A DNA stretch of 63,969 nucleotides, counting the filler, from Choristocarpus tenellus KU-1152 (Eukaryota > Protista > Phaeophyceae), in assembly GCA_964200185.2 (NCBI GenBank). It is 8 parts of 8 records of this genome, joined end to end, with 100 filler letters (N's around TTAATTAATTAA, not from the genome) between each part and the next. Parts side by side here need not be neighbours in the genome. Positions count along the whole stretch, not along the records: positions 1 to 6,059 come from CAXNAD020009045.1; positions 6,160 to 21,202 come from CAXNAD020001070.1; 6 more parts are not named here. The stretch is one strand, 5' to 3'. Under the pieces are notes generated by a model. It saw only the letters and a program-made list of their open reading frames with translations, was not told the DNA's origin and did no database searches. The position numbers and the translations under genes were made by a program. This document shows positions 1-13,091 of the stretch, piece by piece. Numbering within the stretch: the stretch's first letter is position 1; each line of letters begins with the position of its first letter.

Positions 1-345
1 AACGTGACTCATGTTACTAAGTGAGGCAGAAACGCAGGAAAATAAGACGCGAGCAAGGAGGGGATTGATCCGAGATTGAACCGTAGTCCTTTGTCCTGGT
101 CTCATTGGACTGAGTGCATGTGAAGAAACAGATGTTTTAAGATGTTAAGAGTATTGTGCAAATATTTTGAGCATGATAAAATCGCATTTTTCCAAGTGAA
201 TTTCATCGCCGCTTCAGTCAGTTTGTGTGGGTTGGACCAACTTACATGATGGACGGCATTAAGTGAGGGAAAATACAAGAAGAATAACGTGCGAAGAAGG
301 AGTGGATTGAAATGAAATTGAACATGAGTCCTTTGCCCTGGTCTT
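1..345 (-). repeat. Diverged ~242-bp tandem repeat inside a decayed coding relic
   Basis: The minus strand encodes RPGQRTHVQFHFNPLLLRTLFFLYFPSLNAVHHV (~240-345) and RPGQRTTVQSRINPLLARVLFSCVSASLSNMSHV (1-102). The anchor CCTGGT lies at 95 and 337. Confidence 0.7.
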
Positions 346-784
346 GTTGGATGTAGTGCATTGAAAAAAGCAGATGCTGAATGGGATATGTTAATGATTG
401 TAACATCATAGTGCTTATTCGTATTTGGAGCCTCTAAAAAATCGTGCTTATGTACTTTCAACTAACACTTCTCATAATTCACCACTTTGAATCACAGTTT
501 TTCACGAGATGGAGATATTTCCAACTCTCAGAGACACTACAATCATTGAGATTTGCACAAATCGGTAACATCACAAAATGTTTCACATCTCACAGACTCA
601 AAACACACAGAAAGCCTTCCTTGAAATTTCTCCAATTAAGAGATGAGTAATACAAAACAACACGAAGTTTATATATATATATATAGTCCAGGCACCCCCA
701 AATCAAAAGGTTTTTTCCTCAAGATGGATTTTTTGAAAGAAACCTGATGGCAGTTACAAGGCTAGATGGGTAGCTCAGGGGTAT

Positions 785-1007
785 AGTATTTTAAAAGATA
801 CAAATCATATACTATATTCGGATTCACAACTTCCAAAATGCGTAATGCACGGATCCCCAGGATCATCGAACTCAAGGTGGTCCCGCCGATAGCCCGAGGC
901 TCCAACAAAGTTGGTTTCTAAACATTGGAAACGTACAACATCAATGAAGTATATTATTTGTACTTTAAAAGATACAAATCACATACTATATTCGGATTTA
1001 CAACTTC
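785..1007 (+). repeat. Pair of ~45-bp direct repeats
   Basis: tttaaaagatacaaatcaYatactatattcggattYacaacttc occurs at ~790-833 and ~964-1007. Confidence 0.85.
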
Positions 1008-1469
1008 GTATTTCTAACCCCAAAAGGCGACAACCAATCCAGACGCCTTACACATTTGAGCAACCACTCGCTCTGAGCAAGAGGCTTAACTATTATGCGA
1101 AATACATGTAAGATTATGCGTCAAAAAAGAGTAACAGCTTTACTCAATACCACCTAATCATTCAAGGTCCACATTGCCAGTCACCTAACACATGTAGAAC
1201 ACAGAACAGATATTGGGTATTAAGGTTGCAGTAATCTTTTGTGCTGATAATTGACGACAACACATTGCAGTATCTCAAAACCCAACAATACAATTATGCA
1301 CACATTCATATTCCCATTCATAATCCGAATGTACTATCTCATTAGTTACATCTCTCATACACAAAATAAGGTACACCTCACTATTGTCCTATTTTGCACA
1401 CTCCACCATGAGAGTGGAAGTAAAAGAAGACAGATTGGTCCAACTCTCGAACACATCACGTTTATCTTC

Positions 1470-1610
1470 TCAACGCAGTAAAAGAATACTGATTGCTTGA
1501 ACTCTAACACTCGCCATTGATCTAATCAACACAGTGTCTACGAAGTCTTCTAACTGCTTCTTATGTAATCTCTTGGTAAAGATGTCTGCAAGTTGGAGTG
1601 CCGTGGGAAT
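1470..1610 (-). mobile_element. Ty1/Copia pol C-terminal (RNase H) fragment
   Basis: The minus strand reads IPTALQLADIFTKRLHKKQLEDFVDTVLIRS...*, containing the canonical Copia RNase H 'QLADIFTK' motif. Confidence 0.85.
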
Positions 1611-2399
1611 ATTCTCGCTAACACTACCTCAAAATAAAAGGAGACGAAACGATTTGGTGCAGGACATGGAGATATGCAAAAAGACTTGCCACAATTTTGG
1701 CAAAGAAAACAGTTAGAGAAGTTACAGTATTGACGTATATGGGGGTGATTTGTTATTATTGCTTGAAAGATTTAATGTCGGTAGCTACCAATTTGACCAA
1801 TTTGTTTCAATACGAGTTGTGAAAAAAACCTCTTACACACAATCGGAAAAAATAACACTACCCGAAAGTAAAAGGAAACCAAACGTTTTAGTGAATTGTG
1901 CCATAATTTTCTCTAGTGCTCAGTTTGAATTGTGTAAGACTGAAAATGACAACACCACCAAGCCTGATCAACGGTTTTATAGTTTCTTACACGAGACCCA
2001 CTCAAGAACATACGCATTTATCCTATTCCAGAAAATATATAAACAAAAATGTGGGAAGCCAAGCTTGAAACAGACGAGTAGGGCAAAACTCCTGATTCAC
2101 TGCGGGACTACTTCCAACTAGTGCAACGTTTCGATGCAAAGAAAGCACACAAGAGAGGGCAGTCACATCTGAGTCATCCGAATGGCATTGTCACCTGGGT
2201 CACCATCAACCTAATTACAGAGTGTACCACACTTAGAGTTCACCATCTCGAGGAACGCATCACCATCATTCACTCCTCTTAACAGCAGCAGTTTTACTAA
2301 CTGCGTCATTTCAAGATTCTAGACAAAAGGGGTGGGAGACAGAAGGAATGGCATGTATGCCAATATGCACGAGTGTGTGACGAGTAAATTAAAAGCACT

Positions 2400-5300
2400 A
2401 CCTCAGTGAACTCGAGGAATTGACAGATGGACTAGAATCCACCCCTGATGTACTGAGTCGTACCTTTGCAGATAGCACATATGGTGTCTTCTTCCACTTC
2501 TTCCTTGGCTTTGAATTCGGACCTTGGTCGTACTCGCCTTCCTCCTCTTCCGGGTATTCCTCTAGTTCCTTACATCACAGTTCTTTCACGATCTGCAGTG
2601 CAACCCCCAGTTTTCGCATAGATCTTCCACATGTACCTGATATGGCGGTTGCCCGCAACGTACCACAGAATACCATCGGTCAATAATTTTATTTAGACCC
2701 CATCCATCTCCCCAAAGTTCAAAGATGTTCTCCTGCTCCTTACTTTAATTGACAGAACTCTCAGGACGATTGCACGACGTTGGCTGTTAAGGTGGAATAG
2801 AAGGTTCTCCTCTTCGACAGGATCTGTCAAAAACACCTTAGTAGTAAATATGGTCCATTCTTATGTTCGCATGAAAGTTGGGGAGATGATGTCTTATTAT
2901 TTATTTACGTAAAAACACACTATGTATTCCCACAAAAATGTCTTCCATTCTTCTTGCAACCAAAAAGGAAAACTTTCCCCTACATTTTGTGTAAGCTTCT
3001 GGGAACAGTCCGATGGAGGCAAGAACCAAGAGGGTGTGGATAGGGTGAAGAAATATTTTTGCTTTCAATATATAGGCAAATTGTCGGTGGAGTTGGAATA
3101 CAACTTCAGAAATTGTGGGTGTTCAAGGGGGAGGAGTGCATTGTGGACAAGGGACAATTGATCAAGGCAGGGGTGTGCCGTATCGTTCATGTTTGAGTGA
3201 CGTATTACTGGGAAAAATATACGTGACCAAGTGGTGGATCAAATATGACTAAACATTGATATCACTGCCAACTTCTTGAAGCGGTGCATTACTCAAAGCA
3301 GCCCGCAGATTATGCGATCACGAGGGAGGCAATATTCGGGGATGTAGTTGTGTATGGGGGTGGGTGCTGTGAGGCCAGCCATAGACGAACTCTTTCGAAA
3401 CAGTCTTGCATATTTTTTCCCAGGTAAGGACGCCACACCATTATGCATATAGATGGTATGCTTCTTTGCCCCACACAGCGCAAACCCGACTTTTGGTTTG
3501 AAGTGGATGATGTAATGTTGAAAAGTCCAGAGAGGGAACGGGGGTGCACGAACAGTTCCGACGGATGTGACATCAAAGTATGTTTGGTGAAGTGATCAAG
3601 AAGGTAAGTATTTTTCATTGGGGAGCACCAGCGTTTGACACCATAATACTCTGCACATTCAAAAGCGCACTAGCCAATTACCATCGTTTCTCATTTTGCA
3701 AAAGGTATTAAGGAAGATAGATCGGGACACACAGAAGGGCTCAAGATCTACCTTCCTCTTCATCGTTTGGATTAGGTCTAAAAGAGTTGTGATTCACGAA
3801 CGATACCACAAAAATATAGCTATCCATGCCAGATAGATCTCGGAGCTGAAATCGAGGAACCTGGTGTGGTGTAAGGGTGCGTATTTGAGCTCTTTCCTTT
3901 AGTCGGTAAGTCTATATTCAGTATTTAGTTCACTCCGCCTAGGACAGGAACGTCATTAAGGTCAGGCAAATAAAATGGTATGTTTCCATAATACTCGATG
4001 TTGGACCAGGCGTGGGATGGGTGAGAAAATCATGTAATGAAAAGGAGTGCATGATTAAGTACAGGGTATCAACGCGGCAGGGATTCAAATCTGGTTCTGC
4101 GCAGAGCCACCGAGGTGGATTGTATTAGATTTTGAAGGGGCAATATGTGGGGTTAGAGCTCGATTAGTTTTTCTAACATTGCCGGACGCCTTATAGGCCC
4201 GTGGTTACGAAAGAATGTCCTAGGTTTGGACAAGCATGGTAGAATGATACATACCTCGCTGATTGCTTGTGGAGGTAAGGAGAAGAGGGGAAACAGATGT
4301 GAAGATAAGGGATATTTAATAAAAAAACCAAGCCTGCAGAGGAGATTACTATGGTCTTCGTGGCTGCACCCCATGGAAAGGTGTAAGAGAGGGCATAGTG
4401 TACCTCGTTGGTCACTAGTAGTGAACCGGAAGGTTGAATGATCGAGAGGAATGATGCAGTATGACCAAACTATAGAGTTCGGCTAGGGTGTGCTCGTACT
4501 ACAGATGGCGGATCAAGCGGAGAAACGTACAAAACCATGTTACAGAGATATCACCTTTTCGTGCCCTTTGCCGGCGCCGTTCTCATAAGCTGCTAGCGAT
4601 CCTTCTCCTTTTGAACTATCCCACACTGGACCCGCGGCTTTTATGGTGCTTTAATGAAGGACAAAGAACAGCTTGATACAGATGAACAAAGTTGGTATTA
4701 CAAGGGCCTTTAAGGTCTCGATTCCGCTGACTGAATATGTGGGTGAGACTCTAGCCTAAACTACCATTATTATCCTACAGTGTGGGGTTTGTAATCGTCC
4801 ACACTAATTTATTATGAATCACTTATTTACTTGTCTTAAGTATAGAAAGTGTACCTTGAACATGATCTAAAAACCAATCAACACTATGAGTCAGTATATA
4901 TAATATATCTTCCACTGGCTCTCTCCCCTATTATCTAATCCACCGGTGGTGTTTACGTGTATCTGCAGCACCATCTACGAACATCTCCCCCTCAAAGGAA
5001 ATGAAGCGATCTGATCCTCCTCCAGGCGGAGTGAAACAGAGTATACATAGGAGAGACAAGGGCTTGGCTTGATGAAGGGATCGGGAGACAGTGATCTGTA
5101 GAGATAACTTAGTACAGCCTCGAGCTTCCCTTTCTCTCACACACATGAAAGTACCCATTATCACGACATATTTATGTTCCAGTTGTGGTAACATATTTAA
5201 TACAAATAACTCTATATACCATAGTTAAGTATGAAAAGTGTGGATATGATGTTCGATGTTTAAGGTTCCAAGTGCCGTGGAATCTTAAAAGATGTTGCAT

Positions 5301-6055
5301 ACTATTATTAAGTTCTTAGAATGATTGATAATGGAATGTGTATTTGTGTAGGGAGTGGAATCAACACGTTTGACATATAAGGTACAGTGTAGAGAAATAA
5401 GATTTTTTGTCATGTGTTGTAGACTACCTGAATTTTCTTTTATTCGAAGTATAAGTGTTTCAATCCTTTTCTAATTCACTTGTCATCTACAAAAATAGGA
5501 AGAAAGAAGGTCAACAAATATGGTTTTGTAATGATTGAATACATCAGTTATTATGAGGGAGGGTCCAATCAGGCGTGCGGAATGTTCAGAATCATCAAAA
5601 AACAATTTTGTTAGGATGCCTTTAGCAAACCCAAACCTTTTCAGGCATCAAATCCTAGGAGAAGTTTGAATGGAAGCTCGGATCCGATTGATCACGTCAT
5701 ATCTTTGTGACCGTCAATGGCAAGTGATCTGAGAATTCTCAAGAGTTCTCTGTGTTTGATGTTGATAGGAACAACATTAACAAAAAATTGTGCGCGCAAT
5801 TCACTTATGTGTGTGCACAGATGTGGATAGGACTGAGGTCATACCTCCCAACAAGGAACTGTCACAGAATTTTCGTTTTGTGTTTGAGTAGTTGTTGCAA
5901 CCATGTTCTATATGAATCGTGTGATTCCATGATGGGTGGTTCACTGTACAAAAACTGTAGATAGTGATAAACTGAGAATCTAGGGAGAGAGGATCAACAG
6001 AAATGTGAAGATGTATGAACGAAGTGAATCCTTCATGTTCGACAACTCTGACCAA
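2400..6055 (-). pseudogene. Decayed coding relic(s) of unknown family
   Basis: Chains of protein-like minus-strand segments broken by stops and frameshifts (e.g. 3310-3618, 4153-4415, 5801-6055 and downstream RYDVINRIRASIQTSPRI*CLKRFGFAKGILTKLFFDD). No recognisable motif. Confidence 0.35.
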
Positions 6056-6059
6056 GAGC

Positions 6060-6159
6060 NNNNNNNNNNNNNNNNNNNNNNNNNNNNNNNNNNNNNNNNN
6101 NNNTTAATTAATTAANNNNNNNNNNNNNNNNNNNNNNNNNNNNNNNNNNNNNNNNNNNN
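6060..6159. other. Assembly linker (N44-TTAATTAATTAA-N44) between concatenated contigs
   Basis: 100-nt N run with a central TTAATTAATTAA (stops in all six frames). Identical linkers occur at 21203-21302, 28513-28612, 33230-33329, 41086-41185, 48929-49028 and 60388-60487. Confidence 0.98.
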
Positions 6160-6877
6160 CCCCCCCCCAAGATACTTTGAGCCTCAATAAACATTAAAAA
6201 AAGTTCAATCCCACCCCTTATACACACTTCAACCCGTGACTGCACTTGCGCGTGTGCAAATTTTCCAATTTTCCAGTGCAACTTCCATGGAGGCATTTTT
6301 CCAATCAATACGCCTCCCCAGTTTAGTTTTGCTAGCTTAAGTTGCTCACAGAGACCAGTTCACAAGCAAACAAGGGGCAATGCGCATGCAACCAGAGCAT
6401 GGCCTAACTGACTCCAAGCATACAAACACTATCCAATGCTCACACATGCATGTTTATCTTCACGGGATGGCAGTAACAGTACCAAAGAGTGTGTATGTAA
6501 AAGAGTCTCTTGCTACAAAAAATGGAACATTCTTGTGCTCTGCTGTCGCTTGTCCAGGGAGTGGAATCTTATGAGGTAAAGGGGGGGGAGGGGCACTACA
6601 TCAACACAGTATCATGCATCGCGTTGAGTCAACAGGATGCATTCAACCATTTACCCCCCCAACATCCCACACTCCTTATTCTTGCAGGTATAATGCTACC
6701 CAAGGCAAAGAAATTGAGCTGCTACTGCTGATTTGGAGATTCAGCAGACATCCCAACCTACTGCAGCAAAAAAAAACATATACGCCCTCTACTAACACCT
6801 GCATACTCTGAACACTAATCGAGAAATTTGAAACTGCCTGCTCGGTTCCAACTAAATATTAATTTTTTCACACTTCA

Positions 6878-6937
<60 letters not shown>

Positions 6938-7335
6938 NNNNNNNNNNCCCCCTCCTTACCAACAAAAAGAAAAAATAAAAATGTCCCCCCCGCTTCCACC
7001 CAAAAATTATTTTTTTTCCCCTTCCCCCCCCCCCCCCCCCCCCCCCCGCCGCCGCCGCCACCTTGCCCACCAACCAACTCTACAACAAACAGCTTTGGCC
7101 CCACACAATGAGTTACGAGATCTTCATGAGATGGCGATAAAGAAGTACAGGACAGCATGCAAGCAACAGAGTAATGTCCCCTTCACAAATTCATATATAG
7201 ATACTAGTCAGTAGGGAAATCATATCATGTAACAGGAAGGAAACTGTCATCCCCTGAAACACATGTTCGTACCTTTTTGGCCACATCACATGAAAGCAAA
7301 ACCCGCCCCCCCCGCCCCCCTCACCCCCCCCCTAC

Positions 7336-8151
7336 CCACGGCCCCTCCCCCTCCCCCTCCCCCTCCCCGCTGGTGACATCAAATATCTCAAACTTCACAG
7401 ACAGATCCTGAACCGCAGTAACAGAAAAAGTGCGACAACACATGGGGTGGTCCACTACAAGATTAACTGAAGGGTGGGCAATGGTTGCGGGGTGAGGAAA
7501 TGAATCCAATTGGCTATAGGCAACAATTAGGCTATTCCATTGGAGAAAAGATTGCTTTTCGGGCTTTGGCATCTGCATGATATCATCATGTCAATAGCAC
7601 TAGAACAAAAAACACTATTTCAAGAAGACTTGGTGAGTTTACTTTGCATACAAAATGTATAAATATATTCGTATGTGTACATATGCGATAATCTACACAA
7701 ATATCAAAAAATGATCTACGAGGAAATATGTCAATGCAAACAAAAAACACACATGAATTCATCTACCTAACGGCAACAGGTGGTTCACATCCAGGTATGG
7801 GAGCGGGGGACACTGTTCAGTGCTAAGCAATCACATTCGTACCTAAATAAAGAAGCTGTTCTCTTTGACCTAACACAAAGTTAAATATTCATCTCATTCT
7901 TTCTACCACCTCCCCTTCAACAAACTTCCACTGCATTGCTCATCAGAAGAGAACCAGAAACAGAAAAAGATGTTGCTCTTTGGGAACAGGGGGGGGGGGG
8001 GGGGGGGTCTTGCTTAATTTTTTCTTTAAGTTTTTTTTTGTTGAAAAAAAAAAAACCCCGGCCCCAACTTTTCCTAAGNNNNNNNNNNCCAACACACCAC
8101 ACCCCACATGATACTAAAAAAAAAAAAAAAAAAAAAAAAAGAAGGGGTGGT

Positions 8152-8189
<38 letters not shown>

Positions 8190-10587
8190 CTTGCTTAATT
8201 TCTCCTTGAAGTATCTTTTTGATGCAAAGAAAGATACCCCGGCTCTAACTTTTCCTAAGCTTACGTACAACCAGTATACCATGCGTTGGATTCGTAAGTT
8301 GCCAATTCAAACCTAAGTGAGGGGACTAACTGCGCTACCAGTGACCATAATTCCTCTGTCAACAGCAAACAAACAGCGCCCAACTTCATTGTCCACACCG
8401 GGTTTTTTTTAAATTAAATGGAACAAAAAAAAAAACGGCTCTCATCCCAAGATCAAATTGCAATAAGAAACAAGTAGAGGGAGTAGAGGGTATTGCGCAG
8501 CACATGCATACCAACGGCTAAATGCAACAAATAGGACATTCTGTTGATTGATCTGTAAGCGTTTCTCTTCTACTCCATGCTGTACACACAGTCTATCTAC
8601 ACTGCGGAATCTAGATAACTGTGATGTACGCTGGACATAACTTAGAACAAAATACATACAATTCAAATCCTATTGTTTCGGACGAATGAAGCGTAATGCT
8701 TCGGAGGTTTGATGGACCTGGTGTGATTGAAGTCTTATGGGTGCATTACACAGTGCATTGCACCTGGGATCTCTTCGTTACTCTCATAGATACACAGATA
8801 CACCGGGTTCTCAATCTCCTCTCCTCTTTTTTTCCGATTCTTTGCATTCATTTCCTTTTTTTTTCTTATTTAGTACTTGCTGTGTTTCTCAAGTGGCGAG
8901 TATGACCTTCTTCTGACTGCCTGTCAACCACTGCATCTGGAGCCCCTCAAGACCAGCGTCAAAAATAGTCGTTAAGAAAAAGAGGTTTCAACAACAGTGC
9001 ATTAATAGCACTATTTCTGTTACAATTGCAATACTGTGGCTCACCTTCCCACAGCGAGACACCACACCTTCATCTGCATACGCTGCCACAACATAGAAAC
9101 CCTTGGTCGACCAATTGTACATGTAACTAGTCTTACCCATACCCGGTTCCAGCTTAACCTTTTTCCAAAGTTGCAAGGGGTCATCACGATGGGAGAAGTA
9201 AGAAGGCAAACCAAAAGAAAGTAATGGTTGTGTGGGATAACGTTTTGAAATAAAGAAATGTGAATGAAGGTGGTGTTCATTTCAGGTTAGTTTTTTGTTA
9301 TTGATCTTGTGGTATGCCGATGGACATCAAGTCACACGAACAACCCCATAGTAGATAGATGTGCTTCTGAAACTACCATCAAATAATTTCAACAACTGTG
9401 AGCTTTCATGCGAAACAACCTCAGGGGTAATTGGAGGTAGCTGTTGGCCTCGGGATGAGGGTGGGGCGAGGGATAGCGTTAGAGAATAAGCTCTGATATA
9501 TTAGGACGACTATGATAGGGGACATACTGCGAGGTATGTAGGGTTACGATCGAGATATTCACACGACAAAACAAGTGTAGTCATTCCATCGGTTTTCACG
9601 AGCTTGTTTGGTTGGACAACTCCACCACCTAATCACGCCCCAAATAGGAACACCATGCCATCGGTCACAATGTCGTGTATTTTGGGGGGGTTTATCGACC
9701 AAGCAGCAACAACAAAAAATGCTAAGAGTATCAATACTAGGGATTGGTGATGCTTAGGCAATAGGTTTGCGAAAGAAGGCAATAGGGGGAGGTTGTTTTG
9801 GGGAGGGATTGGATGAGCTGGAGGAGTTGAGCATGGCAACGGGGTGTCGGAGGCAGGATCTGCGTTGTGTTGCGATGGCTTGGAAATGAGAAGGGAAAGA
9901 GGGATTGGGTTGCTGCTGCTGGTGACTGGGCGGCGATTTGGGAGGAGGAGTCGTAGTATAAAAGATGCAAAAAAAGTACTTGTGGAGTCGTTTTGCGAGG
10001 TAGTGTCACCTATGACCCTTGCCAATAGTATCTTGATATCTGCAATCTTTCACTTCCTCTTCTCGAGAGTTCAAATGGGGTGACATCGATACAATAGATT
10101 TTTGTGAGCTCAAATTCATCGTGAATTAACCATTCGGACAGATAGGGAGTGGTAGTGAATTACCGACATACATTTAACGGAACCACGAGTTGGTAGATTG
10201 CACTAATTGGTCGATGAAAGCGAACAGTCATCGTAGGGTTGAGTACAGCAGGGAAAAAATGAAGGCCGCCATCCTTCCGACACGAAAATTTTGATGACTG
10301 CGAAATACTTCAAGATCAAACTCCTCATCCGCCAGCAGCCAGGGACAGTCAACAATCTTACAGCACTTTGGATCAGTTGAGTGGAAAATTATGTATGTTG
10401 AATAAAAACTTACTATCAACCAAAGGCGACCTAACGCATACGGTAGAAAGAGGAGGATTGGCAGTGATGCATGGATCCTTACCTCAGCTTCTGGGAGAAC
10501 AGCCTTGGATGTCTTCACCGACAAACCCAGTCGCTTAGGGGGAGCGACGGTGGCCATCTTCCCTGGCTCGTCCATTCTCGGCGGCAT
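7336..10587 (-). CDS. Multi-exon protein of unknown function (partial model)
   Basis: Phase-consistent GT-AG exons 10587-10483, 10356-10309, 10202-10172, 9628-9528 and 9158-9045 splice to MPPRMDEPGK...EAE|IVDCPWLLADEEFDLE|CNLPTRGSVKC|GGVVQPNKLVKTDGMTTLVLSCEYLDRNPTYLA|VKLEPGMGKTSYMYNWSTKGFYVVAAYADEGVVSRCGK. Likely later exons are 8312-8265 (FELATYESNAWYTGC) and 7407-~7336 (DLSVKFEIFDVTS). Confidence 0.65.
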
Positions 10588-11669
10588 TTTTGCCTTCTCC
10601 CCCAGGCACCTATCGGTTATCTATTTCCAACTCCAACTTGAAGCGGTGGTGGGGTCTTTGACAGACGGCAACTTGTTCCACCTCTAGCGATGTCAACACT
10701 TCCTTTCTTTCCTCAAGTTTGTTTTTGAAGGAACCCACATGATGTCTCTCTTTTTGATTTGAATCCTCTGTTGAAAGGCTTGAACGTGAACTCCCTAATA
10801 ATATTATGGGTAAAAGATAAGAAAATCATCTACACTTTTGTAGTAACTTTGTACTAATATTAATAATTGTACCTTGTAACCATTATCGCGTTTTTTTTTA
10901 GAATATGAACAAGAATGATGTACATACTAATATTTGGTACAGCCCCTTCCAAACAACTCCTGAGAGGACATGACAAAGGAGGGACACCAAGAAGGGCCTA
11001 GCACGAGATCACACGTGTCCTCAACTGGGTCCACTTCAATACCTTTTGGTCGCAACTGGCAAACTTCTCTACAGATCCCAGACCTAAAAAGGAGTATTCT
11101 ACATTGATGGCCTTCAGTCGTCATAGCTAGGACCCAGTATGGGCATGGCATCCACTCGAACCATTGAGCCAACAAGGGGGATGGATCCCTTCCCCAGAAT
11201 TCTTCCTCATGATGAACTGGTCTTCGGCGGTAGAGGAGGTACTGTTGTCCGAACACTTATGGCAGGTAGCTGGATGTAGACAACAGAGTGTCGACACTAG
11301 TCGTGGACACACATACTCCAGGGCTGGTGGAGGATGAGTACGGCACCACTCGACTAAATTCAGGCAACTGGGCAGCGTCTGGAGGCAGATGGACTTCCCT
11401 TGCACCCTGGAAGATAGAATACTCTTCAACTTTAACCGAAAATTCTGTATGGGTCTGGCATTCCGTGGTGGGGCACTGTCTAACACTCCTACTACTCTTC
11501 CTTACCACAAAGGTTGCCAACTACTGGATAAGGCCTTCGCAGGGATCTAAACCGAGTGCCATCTCCAACAATCATCAACAAACAATGGCGTCGCTGCGGC
11601 AGCAGCTGAGATCCGGAGGTACAACCACCGTAAAGGATATTTTGACCCTCATAGTTATAACCTCGACAC

Positions 11670-12250
11670 CAGCACAGGATTTTTTTAGTCCAGAGTAGGC
11701 TATTTAAACCCAGAGTAAATTTTCCTATAAATCCTTTTTTAGGGGTTATTGAGTTCTGCCGGATGGACCTGGTATGGAGTCTTGTCATGCATACCGTAGT
11801 TTGTCGCTGGTGGGGAGCTTGTTGAAATGAGCCCTAATCTCATGCAGTGCCATATGCCTTGGCATTTAAGGCGTGTTGCAGCCTCCTCACTCAGTGACGA
11901 GGATAATGCCTGTTGTTGATTTTTGATGTTGTAACCCCGTATGTTGTGTGTGAACATGTGTTGTTTTTTGTACCACCAGTACTATAACTGCGACTATCTC
12001 TATTAAAACTACTACTAATAGTACGATTTACAACTACTAGTACAACAATAACGTTAAGGAGGACAAAAAATAGGTAGATAGAGTGATTGGTGTTGAAGGA
12101 ATGACAGGGGAGGAGGCATCGGGTCCAGGACAAACACTCACTATGGAAAGACTGATAATCAATTGATGCTTTCTGCACTTCATCATTATTACTTTGTATC
12201 TCAAAAGAAAAATGGACAAATGGATGTCTCCAATAGTAGTGGTTGGTTGT
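11670..12250 (-). repeat. Dispersed repeat copy (inverted partner of 14870-15780)
   Basis: Shared blocks, e.g. ccaccagcgacaaactacggtatgcaYgacaa and ...ggaaaTTYactctgggttt...ctaaaaaatcctgt. The ORF track shows matching QQQAxSxSLSEEA text. Confidence 0.85.
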
Positions 12251-12829
12251 AGTAGCAGCAGCAGCAGTAGTAGTAATGAGTGGCGGAAATGCTGAAGGGA
12301 TGCTCAAGGTCAACCACTCGCTGTTGGTCGTGCAGATGCAACATAAGAGCAATAACAACAACAAAGAGGCAATAAAAAATATTTCTTCACATAAATCTTC
12401 CTGTAACCACATGCCACCATAACTCCAAGTATTTGTGTGCAGCTACAACAATAATCCGAGGTAACTCACAGAAAGAAGTAAAATATAAAAGGCAAAAAAT
12501 CGCTAATACTGATAACAACAACACCGTTTATGGCATCAGGGAGGAGGAGAGGGGGAGGGGAGGCCATTGTTTTTTTGTAGTGGGGGGTTGTCCTGGTCTC
12601 TGAAGTACAGGCAAGTTGTCAGTAGAAGAGGTCGATAACAACGAGAACAAGAACATTGACGAGATGCACCCATCATCATCACTTTGTTGTTTCTGCAACG
12701 ATACCCGAGTAAAGTGCCCTCATGAACAAGTTCGAAAGTAGTGATGGTATTTCAAACATTGAACGCAGAAGGAGGTACACATATATTTTTTATTGCAACA
12801 CAATAAGTGATATATCAGGAAAAGATAAT

Positions 12830-13091
12830 CAAAAGCGAAACAGAAGCAATAGGTACCCAGAATTGAAATTTAAGGATGCTAACGGAATTGCCCAAAACTT
12901 GGTCTTTTCTTACAAATTCGTTTAGGATATTTCTGAGTTCTGTCGAAAAGTCTCAAACAGTGGAAAAATGAACGCTCTCAAGTCATACTTAGCACTTCAT
13001 CCATAGAAATAGGAACGAGTTGCATTAGATTGAAAAAAATGATTAAAATTAAAACAGGCAAAATCTGGGTACCTCTCGCTTACTTTGACTC
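12830..13091 (+). mobile_element. MITE subfamily B (~250 bp), copy 1
   Basis: Ends in ctgggtacctctcgcttactttgactc. The body (tttaaggatgct...gcacttcatccatagaaata) matches 15815-16062 (-), 16876-17129 (+) and the partial copy 17451-17520. Confidence 0.75.

Noticed and set aside
4065-4125. tRNA/SINE-like fragment on the minus strand
   Set aside because: Only a partial B-box-like resemblance; no cloverleaf could be built. tRNAscan-SE would settle it.
6828-7214. Poly-Pro/poly-Gly ORFs (also 7917-8316, 15425-15708, 60593-61057)
   Set aside because: They arise from C/G homopolymers around 10-N gaps. Flanking sequence is duplicated in degraded form (e.g. 8008-8078 vs 8187-8259), typical of read-quality collapse after poly-G.
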